Below are positions 23,631 through 34,389 of a stretch of 41,893 nucleotides of DNA, one piece after another. The stretch spans positions 310,001-351,893 of the forward strand of contig QPGO01000085.1 of assembly GCA_008632985.1 (NCBI GenBank). The letters are read 5' to 3'. Within the stretch, counting starts at the first letter, position 1; each line of letters starts with the position of its first letter. The notes beneath the pieces were generated by a model. It was not told the origin of the DNA. It was given only the letters and a program-made list of their open reading frames with translations, and made no database searches. The translations under genes were made by a program, and so were the position numbers. This stretch comes from Psammoneis japonica (Eukaryota).

Positions 23631-24755
23631 NNNNNNNNNNNNNNNNNNNNNNNNNNNNNNNNNNNNNNNNNNNNNNNNNNNNNNNNNNNNNNNNNNNNNN
23701 NNNNNNNNNNNNNNNNNNNNNNNNNNNNNNNNNNNNNNNNNNNNNNNNNNNNNNNNNGTCATTTGTTGAAGTGGGCAGTTTTTCATGCCGCAATGATTGA
23801 AGACCAGTTGTTGTCCTGCTGGCTTCATGGCATCAACTGCAAACAGCATTTTGCCTGACACTTGGCGTGCACTCTCAATCATGGCGCTCACTTGCTTGTG
23901 GATTTCGCACAACTTTCTGGTGAGCTTGCTCTGTGTGCCACATTGCTCTGCCGCACTTCCGCGCATCATGAGCAGCCAACGATGGTCAAGGATGTTTTCT
24001 GACCATTTCGTCTTGACAATCCTGTGGTGGTTGTGGATTCCTTCATGGATTTTTCATTGCTCCAACCATCTTTTCGTTGGATTTGTGCCATTGTTCGGAC
24101 ATTTCTTTTTGACATGCCGGCATTTTTTGTCACTCTGAAGGCCATGCTTTCATGCACCAAGTGGACAAATGTCCATTTTTCTGATGTGTGTGTGTTGTTT
24201 CTGAATCTTCGGCACATCTCGTTTGTCGACATGATGCATTTTCTTTCATGTCTTGCCCCGCACATTGAACATCACAACCACGCAGGTCTTGTGAGATTGT
24301 CTTTTGTGCCAGTGTGAAGTGGGCAGCACAATGTGCGCCAATCTTTCACTTGCTTTTTTCCAACCACCCTTTCTTGAGATGATCTCATCATGATGTGAGC
24401 ATTTTTTGATCTCGCTCGCCTCCACAAAAAGTCTTCGTGTGGTTTGTCATGCCCAACAATTTGGAGGGAATGTCTTCACCCCATTTTAATGGCAAGACAT
24501 TCTCACAGGATTCAGATGCAATCTTGTCAGCTGGAGCTTGTAGACTGGGGTTTTCCATGGGTTCAATTTTTTTCACAGCAAGTTGGCTGATCGCATCTCT
24601 GACAAGGTTTGCCTTGCCCTCAATGTGCATCATTTTGGGGCTGCATTTTTCCATCACAAGTTGCCAATGCGCGACTCTGTCCATTGTGTCTTGTGATCCA
24701 TCATCCATCCATGTGTCAATCTGTTGGCCAAACAGCATGTTCTGGAATTTCTTGA

Positions 24756-25581
24756 GAGCATCTTTGCCAGTGAGTCGCAAGCACAAACACAAACATGGGA
24801 ACACAACCCAAAAGGACAAGCAAACAGACTGCCCCATGTGAGTTTGTGATTCTGCACACAACCATCATTTTCAGTTGATCACAATCACACTCACATTTGG
24901 CTGATGGTTGGGCAGATGTTGAGGCAACAAGCAACTCCACACACGAACATCAATGGCCAACTGATGGTGGGACGGACTTGTCGAATGTTGCTGCATGATG
25001 CCATGGCGGCTTTGAACGCAACACATGACACAAGCCACAGTCTGTTCAAGGACATGTCAATGTCTGTCAATGGAGAACAATTCATGTTGCATGTCTGTGT
25101 GTTGCTGTGTTGTGAGGGGCATTCCACATCGTGAAAACAAGCAAAACGCTGTCACACGATTTACGCCTTGTTCTCTTCTGACCCCACAAACCTCCCACAT
25201 GTCCACTCTCCTCCCATGTCTCAATGCGGCCGCATGCAAGTTCACAAGGTGCAACAAAGTGTCAATTGTTGGGCCTCTGCAAGGTCCTTTCATCAAGAAA
25301 GCATCGATTGTTGTTTTGTCATGGTGACTCGCACTTTCCACAGGATTTCTGCACCCTTTTTGCACCAGAAATTTGCAACTCTCATTTGCAATTTTGGAAG
25401 GTGGATTGCATCCAAGGCCTGATTTGCGATTCACTTTCATGAGTTGCAAATTCAAAAAGGGTTGCAAGCGCAAAAAACATGTTTGCGATCCACCAAAAAT
25501 GACGATTTTTTGTGAATCTCATTCGCATCGGAAGACGTGTGGACATGGGTTTGTGCTCACGACTCGCTGGTGAAGATGCTC
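24756..25581. mobile_element. Non-autonomous TIR element A at an ancestral TTAA site (RR...YY termini, Kolobok-like)
   Basis: ~34-bp TIR gagcatctt(tg/ca)ccag(t/c)gagtcg(ca/tg)agcacaaac. Flanked by TTGA (24752-24755) and TCAA (25582-25585). Interrupts gypsy RNase H between VETL and KKFQ. Confidence 0.75.
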
Positions 25582-25585
25582 TCAA

Positions 25586-26499
25586 GGGTGGTCAGCTGCC
25601 ACTTTTTTCAGCTCAAACTCGGCTGAGTGGCTCATGTTTTGCATGATTTTTCCTGAATTTCACCGTGCTTCACCGTGGTGAAAACAACAAGCCACAAGTC
25701 TGTGATGGAGGTGGTCCGTCCACCAACTCTCATTTGTTTTGTGTTTGTTGTGTGTCAAAGATTGTGTGTGCATGAAAAGTTGGCAGACGGCAAACTGCAT
25801 TTTTGAGAAATGTTGATGATTGTCATCATCGTCGTGCTTCGATCGCGGTGCTGATGGTTCTCGTTTTCGTGTGCGATCGGGTGTTGCCACAAACAGTTCT
25901 TGCACTCAAAAACAAACACCACAAAAAACCTCACTCAAATGCAACGGCAATTTCAGGACAAACCCGGGGATGACCCCCCCCCCCAAGGATGGACCATTGT
26001 TTTGTGGTCGATTTCATTCAGAGCTTGCAAACATTTAAAAATGACCCGGACTTGTCACACTGGCAATGCGCGCATTTGCCAAACAAAAATTCAGCGACAG
26101 GTCGAACTTTGTCTGTTTGCAAGACAACATGGAATGCACATGTGATGGTTGCAACCATGTGTGATGTGCAGCGCAATGACTGCAGATGTGTCTGCAGCTG
26201 GTCAAATGCCAATTGTCGGCATTTCCTGGAAAGTTGTGCCTTGTCTGCTGTTGGCAGTTGGATTTTGGCAAAAAATGGCGCTTCATTGAACATGACAACT
26301 GCACCAAAGCTGACAATTGGCATTTGAGCATTTTCAAGTGCAGTTCACACACAGGTCTGACAGCCCTGATGGGGGCTGGACACACTCACATGTGTTTGGG
26401 GGTGCTCACAGGCATCACAAAATGACACGGGCGAAGCACGGGGAAATTCGAAAATCACAATCCATTGAAAAAAAAACAGCGCAAAACAACAATCCAGCC
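25586..26499. mobile_element. Second insertion B in tandem at the same target site (GG...CC ends, weak TIR)
   Basis: Non-gypsy sequence bounded by TCAA (25582-25585) and TCAA (26500-26503). Ends read GGGTGG / CCAGCC. Gypsy RNase H resumes at 26504. Confidence 0.55.
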
Positions 26500-28463
26500 T
26501 CAAGTGTTTCCACTGTGGACAGAAGTTCTTTTTCCATTGCAGGGCAGCACATCTGCACTTCATTTGGCTTGCAGCTGCAGCTCCCAATTGAGAATTGTTC
26601 GTGTCGGGACATGTCTCAAAGGAAAGTTAAAATTCGGGCATGACAACAATGCAGTTTTTTGATGTGATGCGCTCCACACATTCGGAGACTTTTTGTTCCA
26701 TGCTTGTCCTTTTGCCATTTGACATTTGTTGAGGTGAGTTTGGCCAGTGATGCACAGAAGATTGTTTTGATTGGAGTCAAGCAATGGCATGATGATGTGA
26801 GTTGAGGACCATTGGTCCCATCATCAACTCCATTCATGGAGTCACATGTTTCAATGTGATCGGCTTTCAGCTGGAAAACATTGGCATCGAAGAGTGCATC
26901 AACATTCTTCACAGGTGGAGTTGCTTCTTCCCACTTGATTTCCTCATTTGCAGAGTCCAACATGACTCCAAGACTGGACATTGGGTCATGTCCCATGATC
27001 ATGTTGTGACAACTTGAAGAAGAAGGGGTGTTGTCAGCACACGCCATTGTTTGCATTGTCTCATGCTCATCAAATTCAGGCAAAGAGAGCTGCGCTGAAC
27101 AGCAACCATCAGTTGTGAAGAGTCCATCCTTGGTTTCCCAAGTTTTGGTGGCGGACTCCTTCACTCTCAACTTCTGCATGAATTTGCGCAAAATTGTGGT
27201 TGATGATGTTCTTTGTCAAGAAGAATGGCGTGGAAGCTCATTTTTCACTTTTCTCCAAGAAGCAGTCACACAAACAGTGATGAAAGGACCAGCACAACAC
27301 ACTTCGATGCTTTTTCTGGGTTGCCAGACATCCTGCAATGCGCTGCACTCCTCAAGTGGTGCGAATCTTTGATTGGAGTCAATCGGGTCAATTTTTCCAA
27401 ATTGACAGTTTTGTTCAGCAAGCACATTCCTTTGCCAAGGAACTCACTTCAATTGTTTTTGTGAACTGCCCAGTTCATTGTGGAGCTCAGCTCCTCTTTC
27501 ACAGAGTCATTTCTGCTGTCGTCACATGACCGCATGCAACTGCTGTTAGAGCGTGGTGTGTTGGGGTCTCTTTCAGAGCCACCCTTGCACTCTTTTGCCA
27601 GCTTCTTTTTTCAAAAGCTTTGGTCCATGATGTGGGTGTTCTTTTTGCAAAGATTGGACCTCTCACTCACTTTGGGTTGCTTGGGTGCCATTTGGCGACC
27701 ATTTTTGGAACCAGATTTAGAGCCATTTTTGTTTTTTGAACCAACTTTGCTGTCAGAGCCTGATTTGATGGTTTTTTTGGTCATGGACATCATCAACGAC
27801 CTCTGGATGACTCAAAACTCAATCAGCTCATCAGAAAGGCATGTCCCAGTGGCTCAACATCTTGGATGGTTGACTGATGCCACCATCGCTGCGGCGCGAG
27901 TCACAGCTGACAGCTCGGGGCTCGGTTTCCCACTGGACTCAACTCAGAGTTGATTGAAGGGTCGCACAGACACTCTTCATTGACCTCTTGGGTCCATCAG
28001 ACATTTTCTTGCTGTTCAGCTGCCTTGGTTTCTTCAGATCATCTTGAAAATGACAACTCTGATTCTGAAGTGCATTTCCTTGGGAGACATGAGTTGAGAG
28101 ACGCTTGGGGCACTTTTCAATGGTTCCTTCTTGTTCTTCAGACTCGAGGCTTGTTGATTTGGTCTCAAAAACTCTAAAAAAAAACCAGATCCATGTTTTA
28201 AGTGCTGTCACTCCTTTGCCAGCTGGGCTGGTGCCAGTTGACCCACACCCCCAGCACACAGTCAAGTGCAGCAGGAGCTTGCACAGGATCAGCCGGAACA
28301 GAAGGAATGGTTCACATGAGGAATTTGTTGCATGCTTGATGATGACAGCCACAGAAGGCACACCACAACTGCAACGGACAATTGCACTCAGATGGGTTTT
28401 TAAAACAGTCCACAAAAGGAGCCTTGAAGGCAAGATGAGCAGGTCATCGGAGAAAATGTTCTT

Positions 28464-28943
28464 GACACGCAGAAACAATGCTTGGTCTTGCGCAGAAAGG
28501 CCAACGAGAGCAGCAAACTGAAGACCATCAAATGGCACCACAGGATGACTTGTCTTCTTGCTGAAAAGGACCGCAAAAGAAGCAGCACATTCACCACAAA
28601 GAGTGAAGCACTTGACTGCACAGCAGAGAAAAGAAGAGAGGTTGAAGACCGACTGGCAAGGATGAAAGCAGTCTGGAGAAGTGACATGCAGACAGTCAGA
28701 GATGACACGCAGAAACAATGCCAGATCTTGCGTGGAAAGACCAATGGGGAGCAGCAAATCGACAACAACCAAATGACTCCAAAGGATGACCAATGTTCTT
28801 GCTGAAGGGCTGCAACAGAAGCAGCGCTTGCACCATGAAGAGTGCAGGACTTGATTGCATGGCAAGGAAAAGAAGCAGCTTTGAGAGCCGATTCGCAATG
28901 ATGAAAGCAGGCCGGGGAAGCGACATGCAGATCGTCAGCAGCG
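28464..28943. repeat. Two diverged 240-bp (80-codon) tandem units in a decayed coding-like segment
   Basis: gacacgcagaaacaatgc at 28464 and 28704. Minus-strand translation repeats GLS.QD.ALFLRV and LHV.SP.CFH.C.S. Confidence 0.7.
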
Positions 28944-29619
28944 TCTGCGGATCCGCTTGGAATTTGCACTGGAGCCTGTGCAGAAAGTTTTCTGAGACAG
29001 CAGAAAATTGTGGTCAACAATGACCAGCATGCAAACCAAAAACTTGTCATTTTCCACTGATGAACTTTGCTCATCATGCTGCAATGAGGATGTGCCATTG
29101 GCAAACGTGGACAGAATGGGCTTGTTGGAGCCAAACCAACACCGTCTGAGAACGGCAACACATCGGTGTGAAAACACATGCAGAAACACACACAGGAGGT
29201 TGCCAGTGGGTGCTCACACAGAAGCGTGGTCTCAAAAACTCTCCAATGGTCTCTTCTTGCATGGCAGATGCATTTCTTGGACCTGATCGACTCGAGACTT
29301 GACATTCTGTCCAGCCATGACTTGGCACAGATTTTTGACAATGCTGCACACTCACAGAGTCCTTGATCCTGAATTGCTTGGAATGGGTCACATCAGAATG
29401 AATCCTCTTGTTTTGCAGACAAAAAAAGGGTTCCATCTTGAGGCACTGCTCAGATTGAGCTTCTTCCGCTCGGAAATCGATTCCAGCAGAACTGGTGGTG
29501 CGATTCGTTCCTGCTCACAGAACAATTTGCAAAGAGGCACATCAGTTGAAACTTTCATTTTCCGTGTTTTTACCTTCTGTGGTGTGCACACACAATGCAC
29601 TGTGCTCAAAGAATGAGCA

Positions 29620-29922
29620 CAAACGAAAGTGGAATGAAGTGCGAAAAGTGGAAATTGTGAGAACAAATTTCACTCTGTCATTTTTGGTTTCTCCGAACGA
29701 GTTCTCAATGGCCTAAAGCTTCTGCACTGCTTCTACAGACAAAAGGCCTTTCGGAGAATGTGATCATGACAACAGATTGTCCGGATGCGATTGCCATTGA
29801 CACGCAAGATGTCAACATCGTCATTCGATCGTATTTGCAATTTTTGACTTCCGATCAACTCTGTGTGATCGTTCTGTCCTTCGCACGCATCCACGATTGT
29901 GGCACGATTGACACACACATGC
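29620..29922. repeat. ~300-bp direct repeat, copy 2; retains more ancestral TA/CG than copy 1
   Basis: Matches 23047-23357. Has ggccTAaag (29714) and ttcTAcag (29734) where copy 1 has ggccTGaag (23150) and ctcCAcag (23170). Confidence 0.92.
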
Positions 29923-30001
29923 ATTGTAAAAACAAACCATTGGTTCAGCGGTTCAGCACGGCTAACTCGGAAAACAGGACATTTTTACCTAAAGAATGAC
30001 A

Positions 30002-30058
30002 TGACGTCATAGTGAAGATGACGTCACATGCGAAAAAAATGATGTCCTAGTGACGTCA
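30002..30058. promoter_or_regulatory. Cluster of three TGACGTCA palindromes (bZIP/CRE-type motif)
   Basis: TGACGTCA at 30002, 30019 and 30051; further TGACGT in a duplicated cgtgcgtgacgttgcattt at ~30407 and ~30450. Function is inferred only. Confidence 0.35.
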
Positions 30059-30757
30059 TCTTCAATGTCTTATCTCTAAGTAGTGATGTCAAGTATGTCA
30101 CATCGTATATATGATATGACATAACATCATATAATATAATATATGATATGATGTGATATAAGATGACACAGCAGATTACGACATTGTAAACACACCTTTC
30201 TTCTTGTGCCTTTTGGCTTTTCCTTTCACTCGGACATTGAGAGCCTCGGGCAAAAACTCGCCAGACATGACAAACAAGGTCGTAATGAAGTTGTTCCCAA
30301 CCATTGAAGAGTACTCCATGCTACGAAGGAAAAGGTCACAGGAAAGAAGAAGCATCACGTACACCATGAAAAAGAAAGGATCTGGGACGGCTTTGGAGCT
30401 TTGCCGCGTGCGTGACGTTGCATTTCTTGAGAGGGACGGACAGGACAGCCGTGCGTGACGTTGCATTTATTGAGACAGGACAAATTGAGCTTTGGTTCAG
30501 CACTGGTTCAGCAAAAATCAATTGCCCTTTGGATGCTGGTTCAGCAAAAAATGTCTTGGTTCAGCGCTTTATTACTTATGGTTTTTGAATTATTGTAATT
30601 TTTTATTAAATCGCAATCAAAATTACAGCACACGCACAGCCAGCGAGAGCAGGTACAGTAGCAGCGGTCACGATTTAACTTTTTTTGTAAATGTCTTGGT
30701 CCGCCCCGGGCTGTTCCAACAGTTCCAAAACAGGCCTCCGGAGCACCGTAATGCGTA

Positions 30758-30968
30758 ATTGGACAATTGACAGTTGCCGAATTTTTGCTGAGAGGTTTGA
30801 CTTTGGCGGTTCTCATCGATGAGAAGCATCGATGAGCTACTGGGTACAGCATTTAGTAGGCCCCCCTACAGTACAGTAGCTCGACAATTGGACAAATGCC
30901 GATTTTTTGCCGAGAGGTTCTACTTTGGCGGTTCTCATCGATGTCATCGATGAGAAGCATCGATGAGA
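30758..30968. repeat. Local ~80-bp duplication upstream of the Sel1 gene with a perfect 16-bp palindrome TTCTCATCGATGAGAA (30810-30825)
   Basis: aattggacaa...tgccga.tttttgc.gagaggtt..actttggcggttctcatcgatg...agaagcatcgatgag occurs at ~30758-30836 and ~30886-30967. Confidence 0.8.
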
Positions 30969-31003
30969 GCCGCTACCAGACAAGTCAAAAGCAACACGGC
31001 AAC

Positions 31004-33049
31004 ATGAGTGGCAATGGAAACGAAGAGGAAAGTGCTCCGTCGGAGCGGCCAAGCATGAACGCATGTCGGGAGTTGTTGAATGTGTGCAAACATTCACTGC
31101 TTCCGGTGGTCGATAAAGATGCAAACGCGACCTCCCTTAGCGAGCGTTTAAGGAAAAATCTGAATTATGTGTTCGACGGCGTGTGGCCTTGCCCGACTCA
31201 AGAAGAACCAACGTACACACGCCTCTTTGCTGTTCTCTCATACTTGTTTCTATTTTTGCCCCTTATACTTTTTGCGACCATCATCTTCTTCCTATTTTTT
31301 GCTATTGGTCATTTTGTTGTCGTAGGGATACGTGGGCTTCCACAGGTTTTTTCTAATGACGAGAATATCAAGTATCCATGGCTTCGCAAAGTCGTTCGGT
31401 TGTTCTACGTGGTACTTTGTTTGCCATTTCTATTGGTGGGATCTTTTCTCTCGTTCTTTGTTTTCAGTGTCTACTGCGCTAAAATCGGTGTTGAGAAGGG
31501 CTCGGATTTAATCCGGCGGGAGTTCTCTGGCGTATTCAACTTTCCTGACATTCGTTGTTGGACTCAAGCTTTTCCACAGTCAGTCATGTTTGATCTATAT
31601 GAAAGCGTTTCAAAACGTCCTTTCCATGCGGCTTTGAAGTGGCTTCTTGGACTGCCTCACTTTCAGTGGAAGGGAATTATCCCACCACATCTTCATCATA
31701 ATGACGGTCGCGTCCGAGAAGCTTATTCATACGTACCGAATGTGAGCCTAAGCAAGGATGTTGGCCTAGACGAGGACGCTCTGCTTCTTTCGTCGATAAT
31801 GCATCTTGCGAAACCTGAAGACATCGACGAAGATGATGGCCTTGAGAAAGTAGAAGAACTAGAACCCAGTCAAGTGTGGCCGTTCAAGACGTGCACCCAT
31901 GGTGACTGGGGTTTCTGCGAAGAGTATAATCTGCACCGGTACAAGAGTTCTGAATGCTTCTGTTCAGGTCCGATGTACAGTGAGATCCATAAGTACCACG
32001 ATCAGGCGTGGAAGAGACTTGCAACGGGCGAGCAAAAGGACATTGAAGAGGCGGTATCTCTATTTAGCCGTGTGGTCCAACTTCCTCCAGACGAATCGTC
32101 TGATTATAGGATCCAAGCGTCAGCCTTGTGCGCTTTAGGCGTGTTCCTTTCGTCTCACCTTGCCATAGATGCGGGTGATGGCCTCAGGTTCATATGTAAC
32201 GATCGAAAGGCAGTCTTGCTCTTCAAGGTCGGAGCTGTCGCATATGGAACCCCCGATTGCATGTATTTCTACGGACACGCACTTAGTCATGGTCAAGGCG
32301 GGATCAAAAAGAATCGTGACAAAAGCGTTCAGTATCTTTGTCAAGCTGGGGTGGAAGGCATTGGCGAAGCTCTTTACGAGGTTGGAAAAATTTATGAAGA
32401 TATGGCCACCCGCGAGTGCAGCTGTCACCATGCTAACGTGGACATGCTGTCGTCGGCTCGAGAATATTTTGTCGCGGCGGAGAAGGCATACACTTTCAGG
32501 AATGGTGAGCACTTGCCACCCCCTGGTGCATGGAAGCCATCGATTGTTGCTGTACGGAATCTTCTTGTCACAGAAGGATGGCATACAGCAGAGAATGCGT
32601 CGAGTACCGTCGTGGGTCAGAGATTCAGCTGGGGTATTGCGGCCCAAGCTTTTCTTTTTGCGGCCGCTTCTTCGTTGTCATCCAACAGGCCCGTATCAAA
32701 GATGTTTCAACCACTCATATGGATACTCCCCTTACTAGGAATTGTCTTGGCTCTGCACTCTTTGTTGGGCACCGCTGAAGTGTTGGTGCGTGGGAACAAG
32801 CAACGTTCACTATTGTACAAATTGATCGACGCTAAGATAAAGGCCTACGCCGCAATCCTCGAGGCATCCATCAATGATCGTCTGTACCCGGAAAAGAAGA
32901 GAATTTTGATCTGGAATAAAGACCGCGACCGATTTAGCCATCACATTTTCAAAACGTACTGGCTCATGTTTCTGACTACGTGGTCGAACCGGCTCACCTT
33001 ACTGGTGGATATTGCTTTTCTTATTACTTGGTCGATCCTTCTAAGATGA
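31004..33049 (+). CDS. Membrane protein with Sel1-like repeats (~681 aa from ATG 31004)
   Basis: Long intact ORF with normal Tyr content. N-terminal hydrophobic segments; Sel1 patterns A.CALG...KAV.LF..GA..G, CMYFYG.....GQGG.KKNRDKSVQYL.QAG.EG..EALYEVGKIYE, A.EYF.AA; C-terminal TM helices. Confidence 0.8.
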   Translation: MSGNGNEEESAPSERPSMNACRELLNVCKHSLLPVVDKDANATSLSERLRKNLNYVFDGVWPCPTQEEPTYTRLFAVLSYLFLFLPLILFATIIFFLFFAIGHFVVVGIRGLPQVFSNDENIKYPWLRKVVRLFYVVLCLPFLLVGSFLSFFVFSVYCAKIGVEKGSDLIRREFSGVFNFPDIRCWTQAFPQSVMFDLYESVSKRPFHAALKWLLGLPHFQWKGIIPPHLHHNDGRVREAYSYVPNVSLSKDVGLDEDALLLSSIMHLAKPEDIDEDDGLEKVEELEPSQVWPFKTCTHGDWGFCEEYNLHRYKSSECFCSGPMYSEIHKYHDQAWKRLATGEQKDIEEAVSLFSRVVQLPPDESSDYRIQASALCALGVFLSSHLAIDAGDGLRFICNDRKAVLLFKVGAVAYGTPDCMYFYGHALSHGQGGIKKNRDKSVQYLCQAGVEGIGEALYEVGKIYEDMATRECSCHHANVDMLSSAREYFVAAEKAYTFRNGEHLPPPGAWKPSIVAVRNLLVTEGWHTAENASSTVVGQRFSWGIAAQAFLFAAASSLSSNRPVSKMFQPLIWILPLLGIVLALHSLLGTAEVLVRGNKQRSLLYKLIDAKIKAYAAILEASINDRLYPEKKRILIWNKDRDRFSHHIFKTYWLMFLTTWSNRLTLLVDIAFLITWSILLR

Positions 33050-33944
33050 TGGATCTAGAGTCGAGCACATGCACGTTACGAACTAGAGTGAATAGCCCAA
33101 CTTTTCACTGCTAGCCAGCTCAAGTGGTCGAAAAGGATTTTTTGTCCTTATTCTAAAACCATTCTTCATCATCCTTTTCTCATGTCATGCTCATGTCGAC
33201 ATCGCTACTAGCAAATGACAAGTTATCATCTGACGATGGAACGAACATCATTTGAGTGCAGCGTTTAGCCACTGATTGGCGGCGCAATCCAGATCATACT
33301 GTACGGTGTCATCGAACTGAGTAAATCACGCCATAGTCGCTAAGAAATTGACAAGATACGATAGACCAGGCCTGCGGGGAGCATTGACCACTTGTCTTTC
33401 TTTGTGGGTATGGGTGTGTGCCGTTGCATGCTGTATTGCCTGTACGTACGTAGGGCCCTACCGCCGGGGCCGGTATATATTGTGCGTGGCGGCTGATCTG
33501 AGTGGCGTGGCCACCGCACCGGTGACGCGGATGACCGATATATTTGATGTCTCATGCCATTTTTGGGGCTGTAGCGAGGTGCACGGACACTCTTTTTTTT
33601 CCAATTTATCGCCATAATAGCGCATCGCACAAACTCACTTATTGTTCGATATGTTTTCCCCAATATGACTTTTTCGTGTAGAATTCACGATAAATTATCT
33701 TTGTATATAACTGAATACATTTTTGAACATGCCACGCCGGCAATCCCAATTTTTCAGAACTTTCGAGCTCTCCTGAAAAACCGTGCCACGTACCCGTCGT
33801 AGGGAATTTATCGATTTTTTAGGATGTCCCCACAACCTCTCATGTCCTCAATGATAATTCCAAGAATCCGAAGAATTCATCTGCACTAAACAACCCACAC
33901 CCTTTCAAAATCCAAGGGACACACTTTCAAATTCAGACGGACAA

Positions 33945-34010
33945 CCCGACTGCCCGACCCCCCGACTGCCCGACCCCCCGACTGCCCGACTGCCCGACTG
34001 CCGGACCGAC
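33945..34010. repeat. CpG-rich minisatellite of CCCGACTG/CCCGACC units at the edge of domain II
   Basis: cccgactgcccgaccccccgactgcccgaccccccgactgcccgactgcccgactgccggaccgac. Confidence 0.85.
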
Positions 34011-34389
34011 ACGAAAAAGTCTGCAATCACCAACCACTGAGTGGTCAATGAAAAGTGTTGTCACGGCAATCAACAGGATTCCACTGAGTGGAAATTGTGA
34101 GGGTCACTCCATGCCACCCACCATTTGAGTGACAGTGGTGGTCTTCGCCAAACGGTCCCAACGCTCGTTTCGGTGACAGCATGGCTGGAATTGCTCAGCC
34201 CCCTCGAGCTGACACTGCCACTGCCAATGCTCCAGCTAGAGCAGCCAGTCCAGTCGGGTCAGTTCGACATGGCCTGTGCCTTCCGCATTGCTGCCCTGTT
34301 CCAGGTGAAAATCTAACTTCACATTTCATTCAGGATGGGCAAAACCCCTCCATTTTGGAGGAGAAAATCCTGGCGCCTGTCCATTTTGG

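Larger units (their letters stand above)
23758..28160 (-). mobile_element. Degenerate, internally deleted Ty3/gypsy LTR retrotransposon (gag, protease, RNase H, integrase remnants)
   Basis: Gag NALQNQ....DLKKPR; protease region KLRVK...TWETK.G.FTT....LSLPEF...HNMIMGHD (YDMIIGRD)..LG..LD; RNase H MEKELLS.VETL / LKKFQNMLFGQQI...DRV.HWQL..E....HIEGK.N...DAISQL; integrase Q.SAMIE..RQV.GKML. Most of the RT appears deleted. Confidence 0.8.
11320..29930. other. Hypermutated repeat domain I (TpA almost absent, CpG reduced, TpG/CpA enriched)
   Basis: Abrupt change after ...ctcctaataaatcc (~11316). Translations in all six frames are nearly Tyr-free and Cys/His-rich. Normal TpA returns at ~29930-30000. 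Confidence 0.93.

Noticed and set aside
23595..23757. (TG)n run as a converted (TA)n tract, and ORFs crossing the N gap
   Set aside because: A pure TG run is more simply explained by slippage; ORFs spanning Ns are meaningless, and continuity across the gap is unverified.
11320..29930. Dozens of overlapping Cys/His-rich ORFs of 60-320 aa in all six frames (also at 34-41.9 kb)
   Set aside because: Artefact of TpA loss: TAA/TAG stops and Tyr codons are removed, which lengthens spurious ORFs and inflates Cys/His. They are not zinc-finger or metallothionein genes.
30896..31003. N-terminal 36-codon extension of the Sel1 ORF
   Set aside because: It lies within the duplicated palindromic upstream module; ATG 31004 (aacATGagt) is the more plausible start.
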